Assembly (NCBI GenBank): GCA_910588025.1
Contig: CAJUQG010000001.1
Span: forward strand, 152,323-216,322
DNA: 64,000 nucleotides
Origin: an uncultured Bacilli bacterium
GTDB taxonomy: Bacteria; Bacillota_I; Bacilli_A; RF39; UBA660
Direction: 5' to 3'
The notes below the pieces were generated by a model. That model had not been told where the DNA came from. It ran no database searches and saw nothing but the letters and a program-made list of their open reading frames with translations. A program made the position numbers and the translations under genes. The first letter of the stretch is position 1. Every line of letters begins with the position of its first letter. Positions 37,243-46,170 of this stretch are shown here, in pieces.

Positions 37243-39168
37243 CTAACAAAGTTTTCTTTCTAATATTTTTCCACCTAAATTCTGACTATGTTGAGCCATT
37301 AATTCATCACGTAATTGTAATAAACATTCTCTTCTTTCCTTGGTTACGTCAGAAGAGATATATTGGTCAAAATCAAATTGATTTTTCACACTCTCAACAA
37401 TATTATCTGAAACATTAAGAGTGGCATCATATACTTCTTTTGATACAACATCTTCTTTTCTAAAATATCCCTCTAAGGCTTTAATATTACCGCACTTATC
37501 ATAGGAATATTGATTTTTCACTAAATACCCATCAAAATGATATCCTAAAAGTTGAAGTTCTATTACTGTATCATAATCATCAACAAAGAATGGGACACCA
37601 TCTTGAGAAAGTACATATTGATGGATACTTTTTACAGTACCAGCTTTATAAGATGGCGATAGAGAATTAGTAACATTTACTAAATCTTTTGGACTACTAT
37701 AAATTCTTGCATTAGGTAATATTGTTAAATCAACATCTTTAGAATAAACATTTTTAGATACTTCAGCTATTTCACTATCTGTAGCTTGAATTTTATCTTT
37801 TTGATAAATACTTTCTGGTAAAACATAATACTTAGAATCTAATTCGTAAGCACTAATTTGTTCGTTATTATTTAATAAATCTACTAATTCATTCGCATTA
37901 GATGTATGAAAAACATTTTCATTTACTACTATTCCTGTAATAATTTTTGGACTTTCATTAGGAGAAATCTCTTTTACTTTCTTACATCCAACCAAATCTT
38001 TAACATTTTGAAATAACGCATGAAATGGTTTCATGAATACCGATTCATTAATTCGATAAATAGAAGCATTACTTGGTGTTGCGTTACTTGGTGTAGCATC
38101 ACTTGGCGTTGCATCACTTGGCGTTGCATCACTTGGCGTTGCATCACTTGGTGTAGCATTACTTGGCGTTGCATCACTTGGTGTAGCATTACTTGGCGTT
38201 GCATTACTTGGCGTTGCATCACTTGGTGTAGCATTACTTGGCGTTGCATTACTTGGTGTAGCATTACTTGGAGTAGCATCACTTGGCGTTGCATTACTTG
38301 GTGAAGCTAATTCACCTTCTAGATTTTGAATTGTCAATTCCTCTAAGCTTTCAACTCCTAAAAGTTGCAAAATTTCTTCATCTTCATACCATGCTTCTTG
38401 CGTTTCTATCGTCTCTTCGGCTTTTAAGATTTCCATATTTACTTGTTCTTCAAATAATTGAGTCTCTTCTTCACTTGACGCCGCATTACTCGGTGTTGCT
38501 TGTTCAACTTCTAAAATCTCAGTAGTTACTTGTTCTTCTACAACTGGTTCTGTTTCACTTTCTAAAACTTCTTCTAATACTTCCATAGAATCTGTATCAG
38601 TTTGTGATGAATCAATTATCGCTTCCACATCTTTTTGATAAACATCCTCTACTCTTAAAAAGCCTTCATTATCATTTACCAAATAACCAATTAATTCATA
38701 TTCATTTTGATATAACAAAGCTTGGTTTTCCAGGGTAACTGTTTTTGGGTACCCATCTACTAAAAAAACCATTCCTGTAATTTCTTTTACAGTTTCTGGA
38801 TAACGCATTCTTAAAGAATTTTCTTGGTTGTAAAGTTGGTTTTCATTTCGATAAATTCTTGTACCAGATTGAGCATATACATGATCTCCTAAAAAATAAG
38901 GAGCATGATTCACTTCTTCTGTTTCTACACTAACTCCATTTGATGCTAAAATATCTTCTAAAACATATTCATTATCCAAAATGTCTTGAGTAGTCATTGG
39001 TAAAGATGATGACTTAACTGGTTGAGTCATCGCATAAGATTTACTGCCAAACAGCGGACTAAAAGTAGCTCCTAAAAATGCTGATGCTAAAAAAGTATTT
39101 CTTAAACTTTTTTTAAAATTTAGTTTATCTTTCGCATATTGAACAAATTGTTCACAAAATTGTTTCAT
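37243..39168 (-). CDS. secreted protein with an acidic linker, an ATPS(N/D) pentapeptide repeat tract and repeated SH3-like modules; function unknown
   Basis: ATG at 39168 follows an AAAGGGGA SD. Signal-peptide-like N-terminus (FLASAFLGATFSPLFGSKSYA). 15 perfect ATPS[ND] units plus one variant. No LPXTG motif. Confidence 0.7.
   Translation of the reverse strand: MKQFCEQFVQYAKDKLNFKKSLRNTFLASAFLGATFSPLFGSKSYAMTQPVKSSSLPMTTQDILDNEYVLEDILASNGVSVETEEVNHAPYFLGDHVYAQSGTRIYRNENQLYNQENSLRMRYPETVKEITGMVFLVDGYPKTVTLENQALLYQNEYELIGYLVNDNEGFLRVEDVYQKDVEAIIDSSQTDTDSMEVLEEVLESETEPVVEEQVTTEILEVEQATPSNAASSEEETQLFEEQVNMEILKAEETIETQEAWYEDEEILQLLGVESLEELTIQNLEGELASPSNATPSDATPSNATPSNATPSNATPSDATPSNATPSNATPSDATPSNATPSDATPSDATPSDATPSDATPSNATPSNASIYRINESVFMKPFHALFQNVKDLVGCKKVKEISPNESPKIITGIVVNENVFHTSNANELVDLLNNNEQISAYELDSKYYVLPESIYQKDKIQATDSEIAEVSKNVYSKDVDLTILPNARIYSSPKDLVNVTNSLSPSYKAGTVKSIHQYVLSQDGVPFFVDDYDTVIELQLLGYHFDGYLVKNQYSYDKCGNIKALEGYFRKEDVVSKEVYDATLNVSDNIVESVKNQFDFDQYISSDVTKERRECLLQLRDELMAQHSQNLGGKILERKLC
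38068..38307 (-). repeat. 15-bp tandem repeat: 15 units plus one degenerate unit, coding ATPS(N/D)
   Basis: Plus-strand units are of the form (a/g)tt/atc-act-tgg-(t/c)gt-(a/t)gc. They run from 38068 to 38292 (225 bp), with an ASPSN variant at 38293..38307. The units differ mainly by AAT versus GAT and by synonymous third positions. Confidence 0.95.
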
Positions 39169-39204
39169 TATAAAATCCCCTTTCAATAAAACGGATTTAT
39201 AATA

Positions 39205-39235
39205 ATCAAAATTAACAATTTTTGCTTGTTGTTAA
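39205..39235 (-). terminator. weak hairpin after the PBP2 gene
   Basis: TTAACAA, a 10-nt loop, then TTGTTAA. The minus-strand reading is followed by TTTTGATT. Confidence 0.3.
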
Positions 39236-39253
39236 CACTTTTTTATAATTTTT

Positions 39254-41227
39254 CTAAACAATTTCGTAATTTAAAAGATATTCACTAATTTGATTGCTAA
39301 TATAACGATTAAAAGGAGCGGTATAATCTTTTACACCATCATAATGACTTAAATTAGGGGTTACAATGGCTAAACTATAAGAATTATTCTTAGCTGGACC
39401 AATCATAGCAAATGTTGAACTAATTGTTTTTGTATCCACACGTCCATCAGAATTAGCATCATAAAAAGACTCACTTGTTCCAGTTTTACCATAAGCCGAA
39501 ATCTCCCTACTTACATAACCAGAGCCTGTTCCATTATAAAGAACTTGACGAAAACCTTCGCGAATTCGATTATAATAAGAACCATCTAATGGTATTTCTG
39601 ACAATAAAGAAGGCTCATAAGTATGAATAACCTCATTTTGATTATTTCGAATTTCTTTCATAAAAGATAAAGAATATCTTTTACCATTACTAGAAATAGT
39701 ATTCATATATTGCAGTAGCTGAACTGGCGTATAGGTATCATATTGACCAATAGTTAAATTAAGAAGCAAATCATCACTAAGCGTCTTGCCAATCATTCCA
39801 TTTTTTTCGTTAGGTAAATCAATACCAGTTAAACTTCCCAAACCATACATGGCAAAAACAGAACGATATTTTTGAAAAACATCTTCGGAAGCCTCTAATT
39901 TCATATTATAAGAGTACTTTTTTCCCGCTAACTTAATCGCTGTCAAAAACTGATAATAATTACTGGACCATTTTAATGCCGTAATATCATCCAAATATCC
40001 CAATTCTTTATAAGAACATTTTTCGGGATTCAAATACAATTTTACACAAGAATCTTTAATCTTTTTATCTAACTCTATTACCCCATTTAAATAACCAACA
40101 GTATGACTAGCCCCTTTCACAATACTTCCAACAGTAAACGATGAAAGTATCGTATTAACAGAAACTTCTTGAAAGGTATTAATTTGTCCTGCCAAAATCC
40201 TCTCCCCAGCAATCGCTAAAATAGCGCCTGTACTCGGATTCCCAATCACTGCATAACTCTCTTTTAGAAACTCCGTATTTGGCATTTTTTTAACTCGTAA
40301 TAGCGTTTCTTTGATCGTATTTTCTAATAACAACTGTAAATCGATATCAATAGATAAAACCAAATCATTTCCTCGCTTTGCCTCTTGATGTAACGATAAA
40401 GACTTATCAGCATTAACAAAATAAACCGCCTTTTCTCCTTTCAAATAATCCTCATACTGCTGTTCTAAATAACTAATCCCTACCGTATCATTTAAAGCAT
40501 ATCCCTTTTCCAAAAATTCCTCTTTCTTTTCTAGGGGAATTCCTACTTGAACTGAACCAAAAAAACTTTTTAATGTTTCACCATAAGGATAAATTCTTTT
40601 CCAGCTTTCATGTACAAACACACCCGTTATATTCTTCTCAAAAACCTCAGCCACAATTTTCTCATCCGCTTCTTTAAGCAAAATTTTATTTTGATAAGCA
40701 TAACCTTCATTCATTCGTGCGTAAAGCTCTGCTAACATTTTTTCGTGATGAGATAGATCATTAAGCACATCCGTCGAGATTCGTTCCCTCTTATATTTCT
40801 CTAAAGTTTCCAAAGATAACTTTCGCTCTTCATATAACTGCCGTTCTTCATTTGTAATATATTCCTCTACAAGTTTTTTATTTTTTTGAACATAGTATTC
40901 TCTTAAACGACTTTCACTTGCTTCTTCTACCTCAAAAATAGTAAGTAACGTCTCCGCAATTTTCATTTCTTCTTCAAACCCAAAAGAAGAAATTTTATGA
41001 TACGCAATTTGATTAATCAAAGTATTATCTACAAGTACTCTCCCTTTAGTATCTAAAATTCGTCCTCTCGGCGCACTACTTCCTAAAACATACACCTCAG
41101 TTTGGGCTTTTAACAAATTTTGATAATGCTCATGCTTCGATTGATTTAAATAAATGATTCGCGAAAAAAGAATCCCAAAAATAACGATAAGAAGAAAATA
41201 ATAACCAAAATTGGAACGTTTTTTCAT
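39254..41227 (-). CDS. class B penicillin-binding protein, PBP2/elongation-type without PASTA domains
   Basis: TM anchor. SIVK (SxxK-like GSIVKGAS), a SxN-type block and KTGTSE. ATG at 41227 follows an AAGGGTGAG SD. Confidence 0.8.
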   Translation of the reverse strand: MKKRSNFGYYFLLIVIFGILFSRIIYLNQSKHEHYQNLLKAQTEVYVLGSSAPRGRILDTKGRVLVDNTLINQIAYHKISSFGFEEEMKIAETLLTIFEVEEASESRLREYYVQKNKKLVEEYITNEERQLYEERKLSLETLEKYKRERISTDVLNDLSHHEKMLAELYARMNEGYAYQNKILLKEADEKIVAEVFEKNITGVFVHESWKRIYPYGETLKSFFGSVQVGIPLEKKEEFLEKGYALNDTVGISYLEQQYEDYLKGEKAVYFVNADKSLSLHQEAKRGNDLVLSIDIDLQLLLENTIKETLLRVKKMPNTEFLKESYAVIGNPSTGAILAIAGERILAGQINTFQEVSVNTILSSFTVGSIVKGASHTVGYLNGVIELDKKIKDSCVKLYLNPEKCSYKELGYLDDITALKWSSNYYQFLTAIKLAGKKYSYNMKLEASEDVFQKYRSVFAMYGLGSLTGIDLPNEKNGMIGKTLSDDLLLNLTIGQYDTYTPVQLLQYMNTISSNGKRYSLSFMKEIRNNQNEVIHTYEPSLLSEIPLDGSYYNRIREGFRQVLYNGTGSGYVSREISAYGKTGTSESFYDANSDGRVDTKTISSTFAMIGPAKNNSYSLAIVTPNLSHYDGVKDYTAPFNRYISNQISEYLLNYEIV

Positions 41228-41289
41228 TTTTCTCACCCTTACTAGTATTCTTTTTTATTCTTAAAACATACAATAAGTTAGGTGATACA

Positions 41290-41550
41290 ATGTTTAACTT
41301 AATCGATAGATACATGTCTAGATTAGAAAAAGAAGATGTGCAAAATTTTGCCATCAAAAATAACGTTTCTTTAAATGAAGAAGAATTAAATTTTACCTAT
41401 GACTTTGTCAAAAAAAATTGGCGTATAATCTTAAGTAATCCGAATGCTTTTCAATTTGAAAAATATCGCAATCAATTTACAGAAGAAAACTTTGCCAAAA
41501 TCAATTATTTAATAAAAGAATATATCAAAAAATATCAAGCATTTTTATAA
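41290..41550 (+). CDS. small helical hypothetical protein (possibly DUF2624-like)
   Basis: 86 aa, starting MFNLIDRYMSRLEKEDVQNFAIKNNVSLNEEELNFTYDFVKKNW. The resemblance to small Bacillus DUF2624 proteins is from memory only. Confidence 0.45.
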   Translation: MFNLIDRYMSRLEKEDVQNFAIKNNVSLNEEELNFTYDFVKKNWRIILSNPNAFQFEKYRNQFTEENFAKINYLIKEYIKKYQAFL

Positions 41551-42443
41551 TATTTGCGAATTTGATCTATTAAAGCTGGATTAAATTCTTTTTGCTTTAA
41601 CATCTCAATTTCAAAACGATAAGGAGGATATTCCCTCTTTTGTTCGTCATTCGTTTTACTTACAAAAGGAGTTTCTAAAATTTTAGGAACTTCTTTTAAT
41701 TTTTCATGATATAAAATAGCTAAAAGTGCATCAAAAGAAAGAGAACCAAAACCAATATTTTCATGACGATCTTTATGACTTCCTCGTTCATTCTTACTAT
41801 CATTTAAATGAACACACAAAATTTTATCGATACCAATCAATTGATCAAACTCTTCCAAAAAAACATCAAACTCTTTCATATCATAACCTGCATCGTTTAA
41901 ATGACAAGTATCCAAACAAACCCCAAATTTATGAATATCTTCCACACCATCTAAAAGCATTTTTACTTCTTCTAAAGTAGAAGCACATTCCGTCCCTTTG
42001 CCAGCCATCGTCTCAAAAAGGATAACAATATCTTTATCTCTTACCACTTCATTTATCGCTGAAATAATATGTTTAATTCCTTCTTCATGGGAAATTCCTA
42101 CAGCACTCCCTGGATGAATAACCATTTTTTTAATTCCCATTTGTAAACATCGGTCAATCTCTTGACGTAAAAAAGCAATACTAAAATTCCATTTTTGCAT
42201 ATCTGATTGATTGGCTAAATTAATAATATATGGCGCATGACAAATCACCGTATTAATATCAATACCATGCTCTTTCATAAATTGCTTTGCTAATAAAATA
42301 TATTTCTCATCAAGTGGTTTACGTAGCGTATTTTGAGGAGCTCCCGTATAAAACATAAACGTATTTGCTCCATATTCATAAGCTTGTTTTGCACTACCTA
42401 AAAGTCCATCAAAAGAAAATGACACATGACACCCTAATAACAT
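41535..42443 (-). CDS. nfo: deoxyribonuclease IV (endonuclease IV)
   Basis: GCHVS...HAPYIINL...HPGS...CLDTCH...HLNDSK. TIM-barrel AP endonuclease 2 motifs. Confidence 0.9.
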   Translation of the reverse strand: MLLGCHVSFSFDGLLGSAKQAYEYGANTFMFYTGAPQNTLRKPLDEKYILLAKQFMKEHGIDINTVICHAPYIINLANQSDMQKWNFSIAFLRQEIDRCLQMGIKKMVIHPGSAVGISHEEGIKHIISAINEVVRDKDIVILFETMAGKGTECASTLEEVKMLLDGVEDIHKFGVCLDTCHLNDAGYDMKEFDVFLEEFDQLIGIDKILCVHLNDSKNERGSHKDRHENIGFGSLSFDALLAILYHEKLKEVPKILETPFVSKTNDEQKREYPPYRFEIEMLKQKEFNPALIDQIRKYYKNA

Positions 42444-42454
42444 AAAACTCCTCC

Positions 42455-42484
42455 TTCAAAAAGAAAAAAAGACGCAAGACGTCT
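42455..42484 (-). terminator. short hairpin terminator overlapping the pilin stop codon
   Basis: The minus strand reads AGACG-tcttg-CGTCT followed by TTTTTTTCTTTTT. Confidence 0.4.
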
Positions 42485-42941
42485 ATTTTGTTACAACCGT
42501 TCCTTTTCCATCACAAGTAGTAGAAGCATTCGCTGCAAAATCTACAGTCTGTGCTTCAATTTTAGAATATTCGGCTCCCTCAACTTGAAATTTTCCATTA
42601 GAAAGCCATAAAGTATACGTAGCGATTCCTCCAGAAATATTAATTTCAACACTACCAGTATAACTAGCACCTATTTTATCGACATATTTTCCCTTTAAAT
42701 AATCAAGTGGCATGCAAAAGTGCGTTCCCGTTGTACTTCCATTTAATAAAGAATCTGTATAAGCAATCTTGGCATTTTCCACAACACTTTGCGCATCAAT
42801 CACAAATGCTTTTTTAGAAGAACTCGCAATAATGGATGTAACACTACTCGTTGCAAGTAACATCAAAATGGCTAGAATAGAGATAACAGCCAATAACTCA
42901 ATTAAAGTAAAACCCTTCTGATTCCATTTTTGCATTCTCAT
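42483..42941 (-). CDS. type IV pilin / pseudopilin with prepilin-type N-terminal cleavage-methylation motif
   Basis: KG|FTLIELLAVISILAILMLLA (G-1, F+1, E+5). 152 aa with two Cys in the C-terminal half. Confidence 0.85.
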   Translation of the reverse strand: MRMQKWNQKGFTLIELLAVISILAILMLLATSSVTSIIASSSKKAFVIDAQSVVENAKIAYTDSLLNGSTTGTHFCMPLDYLKGKYVDKIGASYTGSVEINISGGIATYTLWLSNGKFQVEGAEYSKIEAQTVDFAANASTTCDGKGTVVTK

Positions 42942-42969
42942 ACCCTAACCTCTTTCTACTATTATAAGT

Positions 42970-42999
42970 ATTATATCTCATTTACGAAAACGAAGTCAA
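42970..42999 (-). promoter_or_regulatory. candidate sigmaA-type promoter of the stand-alone pilin gene
   Basis: The minus strand reads TTGACT, an 18-nt spacer, then TATAAT. An AGAGGT SD and the ATG at 42941 follow. Confidence 0.5.
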
Positions 43000-43031
43000 T
43001 AAAGATTTCAGGAATTCATCAAAAAGGAAAA

Positions 43032-43256
43032 TTAAGATTTAAAAGCTCCTAAGAAACTACTAATTAAATCAATATTATCAATGGCATCGCTTATTTTATC
43101 CGTTGTTCTAAGTCGGTATAAGTCTTTCATAGCATTTAAATATGCTTCATAATTTTTACCACTACGGTTCAAATCTTTAATCCAATAAGAATTTTCTTTC
43201 AAGTATTGATACATATTTTTTTCTTGTTTTAATTTTATTTGTATATCAAGTTCCAT
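43032..43256 (-). CDS. YlbE-like small protein
   Basis: YLKENSYWIKDLNRSGKNYEAYLNAMKDLY resembles the Bacillus YlbE family. It lies directly after the ylbD-like gene, as in B. subtilis. Confidence 0.6.
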   Translation of the reverse strand: MELDIQIKLKQEKNMYQYLKENSYWIKDLNRSGKNYEAYLNAMKDLYRLRTTDKISDAIDNIDLISSFLGAFKS

Positions 43257-43258
43257 AA

Positions 43259-43621
43259 TTAATCCTCAAAAAATTTATTAAGTGGTCTAGGAGTAACAGG
43301 TCCTTTAAACGAACTTACATTCTCAGCCCCTTTAGAAGTTAATTCAGAAACTAAATTAAGAGCTTTTTGAGCTGTTTTAATATGCTCTTGTATAGAATTC
43401 ATATCAATACCTTTTAATTTATCGGTAAAACTTGAAAAGTCTCCCGAGGAAGATGGGGTATCATCATTATGAGAAAAATAATCGCGCCAAGCCTCATCAT
43501 TTTCACCATAAATATCATAGATTTCATAAAACTTCTGCCAACTCATCTCGCCCGTTTTCACATGATGAACAAGTTCAGGATGTCGTGATGCAAAATTCTT
43601 AAATTCCTCTTTCTTATTCAT
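43259..43621 (-). CDS. YlbD-like protein (putative spore-coat associated)
   Basis: EFKNFASRHPELVHHVKTGEMSWQKFYEIYDIYGENDEAWRDY parallels the B. subtilis YlbD N-terminus. Confidence 0.6.
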   Translation of the reverse strand: MNKKEEFKNFASRHPELVHHVKTGEMSWQKFYEIYDIYGENDEAWRDYFSHNDDTPSSSGDFSSFTDKLKGIDMNSIQEHIKTAQKALNLVSELTSKGAENVSSFKGPVTPRPLNKFFED

Positions 43622-43668
43622 AAAAAAATCACCTATTACATTGTAGTTGTAATCAGTGACTTTTATTC

Positions 43669-46170
43669 TTAAAGTTTAAAATCATCCAAAAAATCTTCCA
43701 TCGTAATTTCTTTCATAGAGGACACGGCTTTTTCTTCATCTTTAGAATTATTTTCCAAAACCTCTACTTTTTTAAACGCCGCATCAATCGGATATTTCGA
43801 TATATTAGATCCAGTACTAGCTAAATCCATAATTGCTATTTCACTATTTTTGATTTCTCTTAATTCACTATCTGATTTTATCATTAAAATATCTCTTGAA
43901 TTCATTGGAATAACAGTTAAAATTTCATAAGGAACAGATTTCACTTTTTTCATTAAAGTGTTTCCTCGTTTTGCTCGTCCTGTTAAAACAAATTCATCTA
44001 ATTTCACACGCTTTGCTGTTTTTTGATTAGTAATAACATCCAGATAATCTTCATCAGAAAGTCCAAAAGCACAAGCTACCACATCATCCTTTAAGTTAAT
44101 TCCTTTTACTCCACTTCCGCGTACGCCAACCAAAGGAACCTCACTTGGAGCAAAGCTTACATAATAACCTAATTTAGATATCAAGAATAACTGTCTTTGT
44201 TCTTCAAAAACGGTTACCACTTCATCTTCATCTTTTAATTTCATAGCAAGCATCGCTTTTGAAGTTCTGGTAACTTCATACTCACTCATTAAAGTTCGTT
44301 TCATCATTCCATTCTTAGTAACAGTTACTAATTTTTTCTTAGAATCATACAAACAACTTGCAACGACTTTTTCATCAGTTTGAAGCATTACCACATGATT
44401 AATATGCTTTCCAAGTTCTTTCCATTTCACTTCTGGAATTTTATGAATTGGAATAAACAAATAATTACCAAGATTCGTAAAAAGCATTAAAGAATCGATT
44501 GTGGTCGTTTGATATAATCCTGTCACATAATCTCCCGGCTTCAAAGTCGTTTCTTCTCCATTACTTGAAGCATAACTCTTAAGACTTACCCGTTTTACAT
44601 AACCTTCATTGGTTACAACAACCATCACATTTTCTTTCGGAATCATACTCTTCATATCAAGTTTAATTTCCGTTACTTCATCACGAATTTCCGTTCTTCT
44701 TGGATTTCCATATTCACGCTTTATCACTTTTAACTCGGTTTTCATCACATGTTTTAAAGCTTCTTCATTATTAAGAATTTGAGTCCACAAATAAATATTT
44801 TTTTCTAATTTTTTCATTTCCTCTTCAATTTCAACAATGTCTGTATTCGTTAAACGATAAAGTTGTAATTCGACAATGGCTTTTGCTTGATCAAACGTGA
44901 ATTCAAATTCTTTCACTAAATTGTCAATCGCATCACTTTTATTTTTACTTGCTCGTATCACGCGAATTACTTCATCTAAAATACTAATTGCTTTTACTAA
45001 ACCTTCTAAAATATGATAGCGAACCTTAGCATGGTCAAGATCAAACTGAGTTCTTCTTCGTACAACTTCCCTTTGATGCGTAATAAAAGCATCTAAAATA
45101 TCTAAAACACCGACAAGTTTTGGCCGACGATTAACAATCGCTACCATATTAAAATTATAATTAATTTGCAAATCAGTATTTTTAAGTAAATAATTTAAAA
45201 CAAGTTCTGAATTTGCTCCACTTTTTAAATCAATGACAATCCGTGCTAAATTCTCGTGGTCTGATTCATCAATAACTTCATTAATTCCTTCCACTTTTTT
45301 ATCAATTCGAATTTCATTGATTTTTTTGATTAACTGTTCTTTTACCACTTCATAAGGAATGGATGATACAATAATTTGCTCATGATTTCCCGATTTTACC
45401 ACTTCAGTTTTCGCTTTTAAAACAACTTTACCTTTACCAGTTCGATAAGCATCAATAAGACCCATTTTACCTTCTAATACTCCATAAGTTGGATAATCAG
45501 GACCTTTTAAAACTTCCATAATGGTTTCTAATTTACAATTTGGACTTTCAATTCGCTTTACCGTTGCATCAATGACTTCTCCTAAATTATGTGGCGGAAT
45601 ATTGGTCGCATACCCTGCACTAATTCCCGTTGAACCATTAACGAGCAAATTTGGAAAACCTGCTGGTAATACCGTTGGTTCTAACTCTGTATCATCAAAA
45701 TTATAAGTCATCTCGACTGTATTTTTATTAATCGAAGTAAGCATGACCTCGGCAAATTTAGAAAGACGAGACTCTGTATAACGCATCGCTGCTGGTCCAT
45801 CACCATCAATACTTCCATTATTTCCATGAATATCAATAAATACTTCGCGCATTTTCCAAGGTTGACTCATTCTGATTAACGCATCATAAATAGAAGAATC
45901 TCCATGTGGATGATATTTTCCCATAATATCTCCAACTGCACGAGCACTTTTTCGATATGGTTTATCGTAAGTAAAATGAGAAGCATACATCCCATATAAA
46001 ATACGACGTTGTACTGGTTTTAATCCATCTCGAACATCAGGAAGGGCACGCTCTTGAATAATCTCTTTGGCATATCTTCCAAAACCTGTTCCCATAATTT
46101 CTTCAAGACTATAATCAAATATTTTTTCTACAATTGTTTTTTCTTCTTTTTTCCGTGCCATATTTTTCAC
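43669..46170 (-). CDS. parC: DNA topoisomerase IV subunit A
   Basis: GyrA/ParC N-terminus (RALPDVRDGLKPVQRRILY, AAMRYTESRL with the catalytic Tyr). I saw no GyrA-box (QRRGGKG) in the CTD. It follows parE and is not in a dnaA-gyrB context. Confidence 0.85.
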   Translation of the reverse strand: MKNMARKKEEKTIVEKIFDYSLEEIMGTGFGRYAKEIIQERALPDVRDGLKPVQRRILYGMYASHFTYDKPYRKSARAVGDIMGKYHPHGDSSIYDALIRMSQPWKMREVFIDIHGNNGSIDGDGPAAMRYTESRLSKFAEVMLTSINKNTVEMTYNFDDTELEPTVLPAGFPNLLVNGSTGISAGYATNIPPHNLGEVIDATVKRIESPNCKLETIMEVLKGPDYPTYGVLEGKMGLIDAYRTGKGKVVLKAKTEVVKSGNHEQIIVSSIPYEVVKEQLIKKINEIRIDKKVEGINEVIDESDHENLARIVIDLKSGANSELVLNYLLKNTDLQINYNFNMVAIVNRRPKLVGVLDILDAFITHQREVVRRRTQFDLDHAKVRYHILEGLVKAISILDEVIRVIRASKNKSDAIDNLVKEFEFTFDQAKAIVELQLYRLTNTDIVEIEEEMKKLEKNIYLWTQILNNEEALKHVMKTELKVIKREYGNPRRTEIRDEVTEIKLDMKSMIPKENVMVVVTNEGYVKRVSLKSYASSNGEETTLKPGDYVTGLYQTTTIDSLMLFTNLGNYLFIPIHKIPEVKWKELGKHINHVVMLQTDEKVVASCLYDSKKKLVTVTKNGMMKRTLMSEYEVTRTSKAMLAMKLKDEDEVVTVFEEQRQLFLISKLGYYVSFAPSEVPLVGVRGSGVKGINLKDDVVACAFGLSDEDYLDVITNQKTAKRVKLDEFVLTGRAKRGNTLMKKVKSVPYEILTVIPMNSRDILMIKSDSELREIKNSEIAIMDLASTGSNISKYPIDAAFKKVEVLENNSKDEEKAVSSMKEITMEDFLDDFKL

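Noticed and set aside
38020-38304. Two ORF-track entries: plus strand 38020..38304 (a CITWR-type repeat peptide) and minus strand 38031..38294 (a QVMLH-type repeat peptide).
   Set aside because: Both are alternative reading frames of the 15-bp tandem repeat. Any frame stays open through a stop-free repeat. The ATPS(N/D) frame is the one embedded in a long ORF with an SD, a signal peptide and a terminator.
38068-38307. Possible CRISPR array, because of regularly spaced short repeats.
   Set aside because: The units are contiguous 15-mers with no spacers, they lie inside a coding frame, and there are no cas genes. This is a coding tandem repeat.
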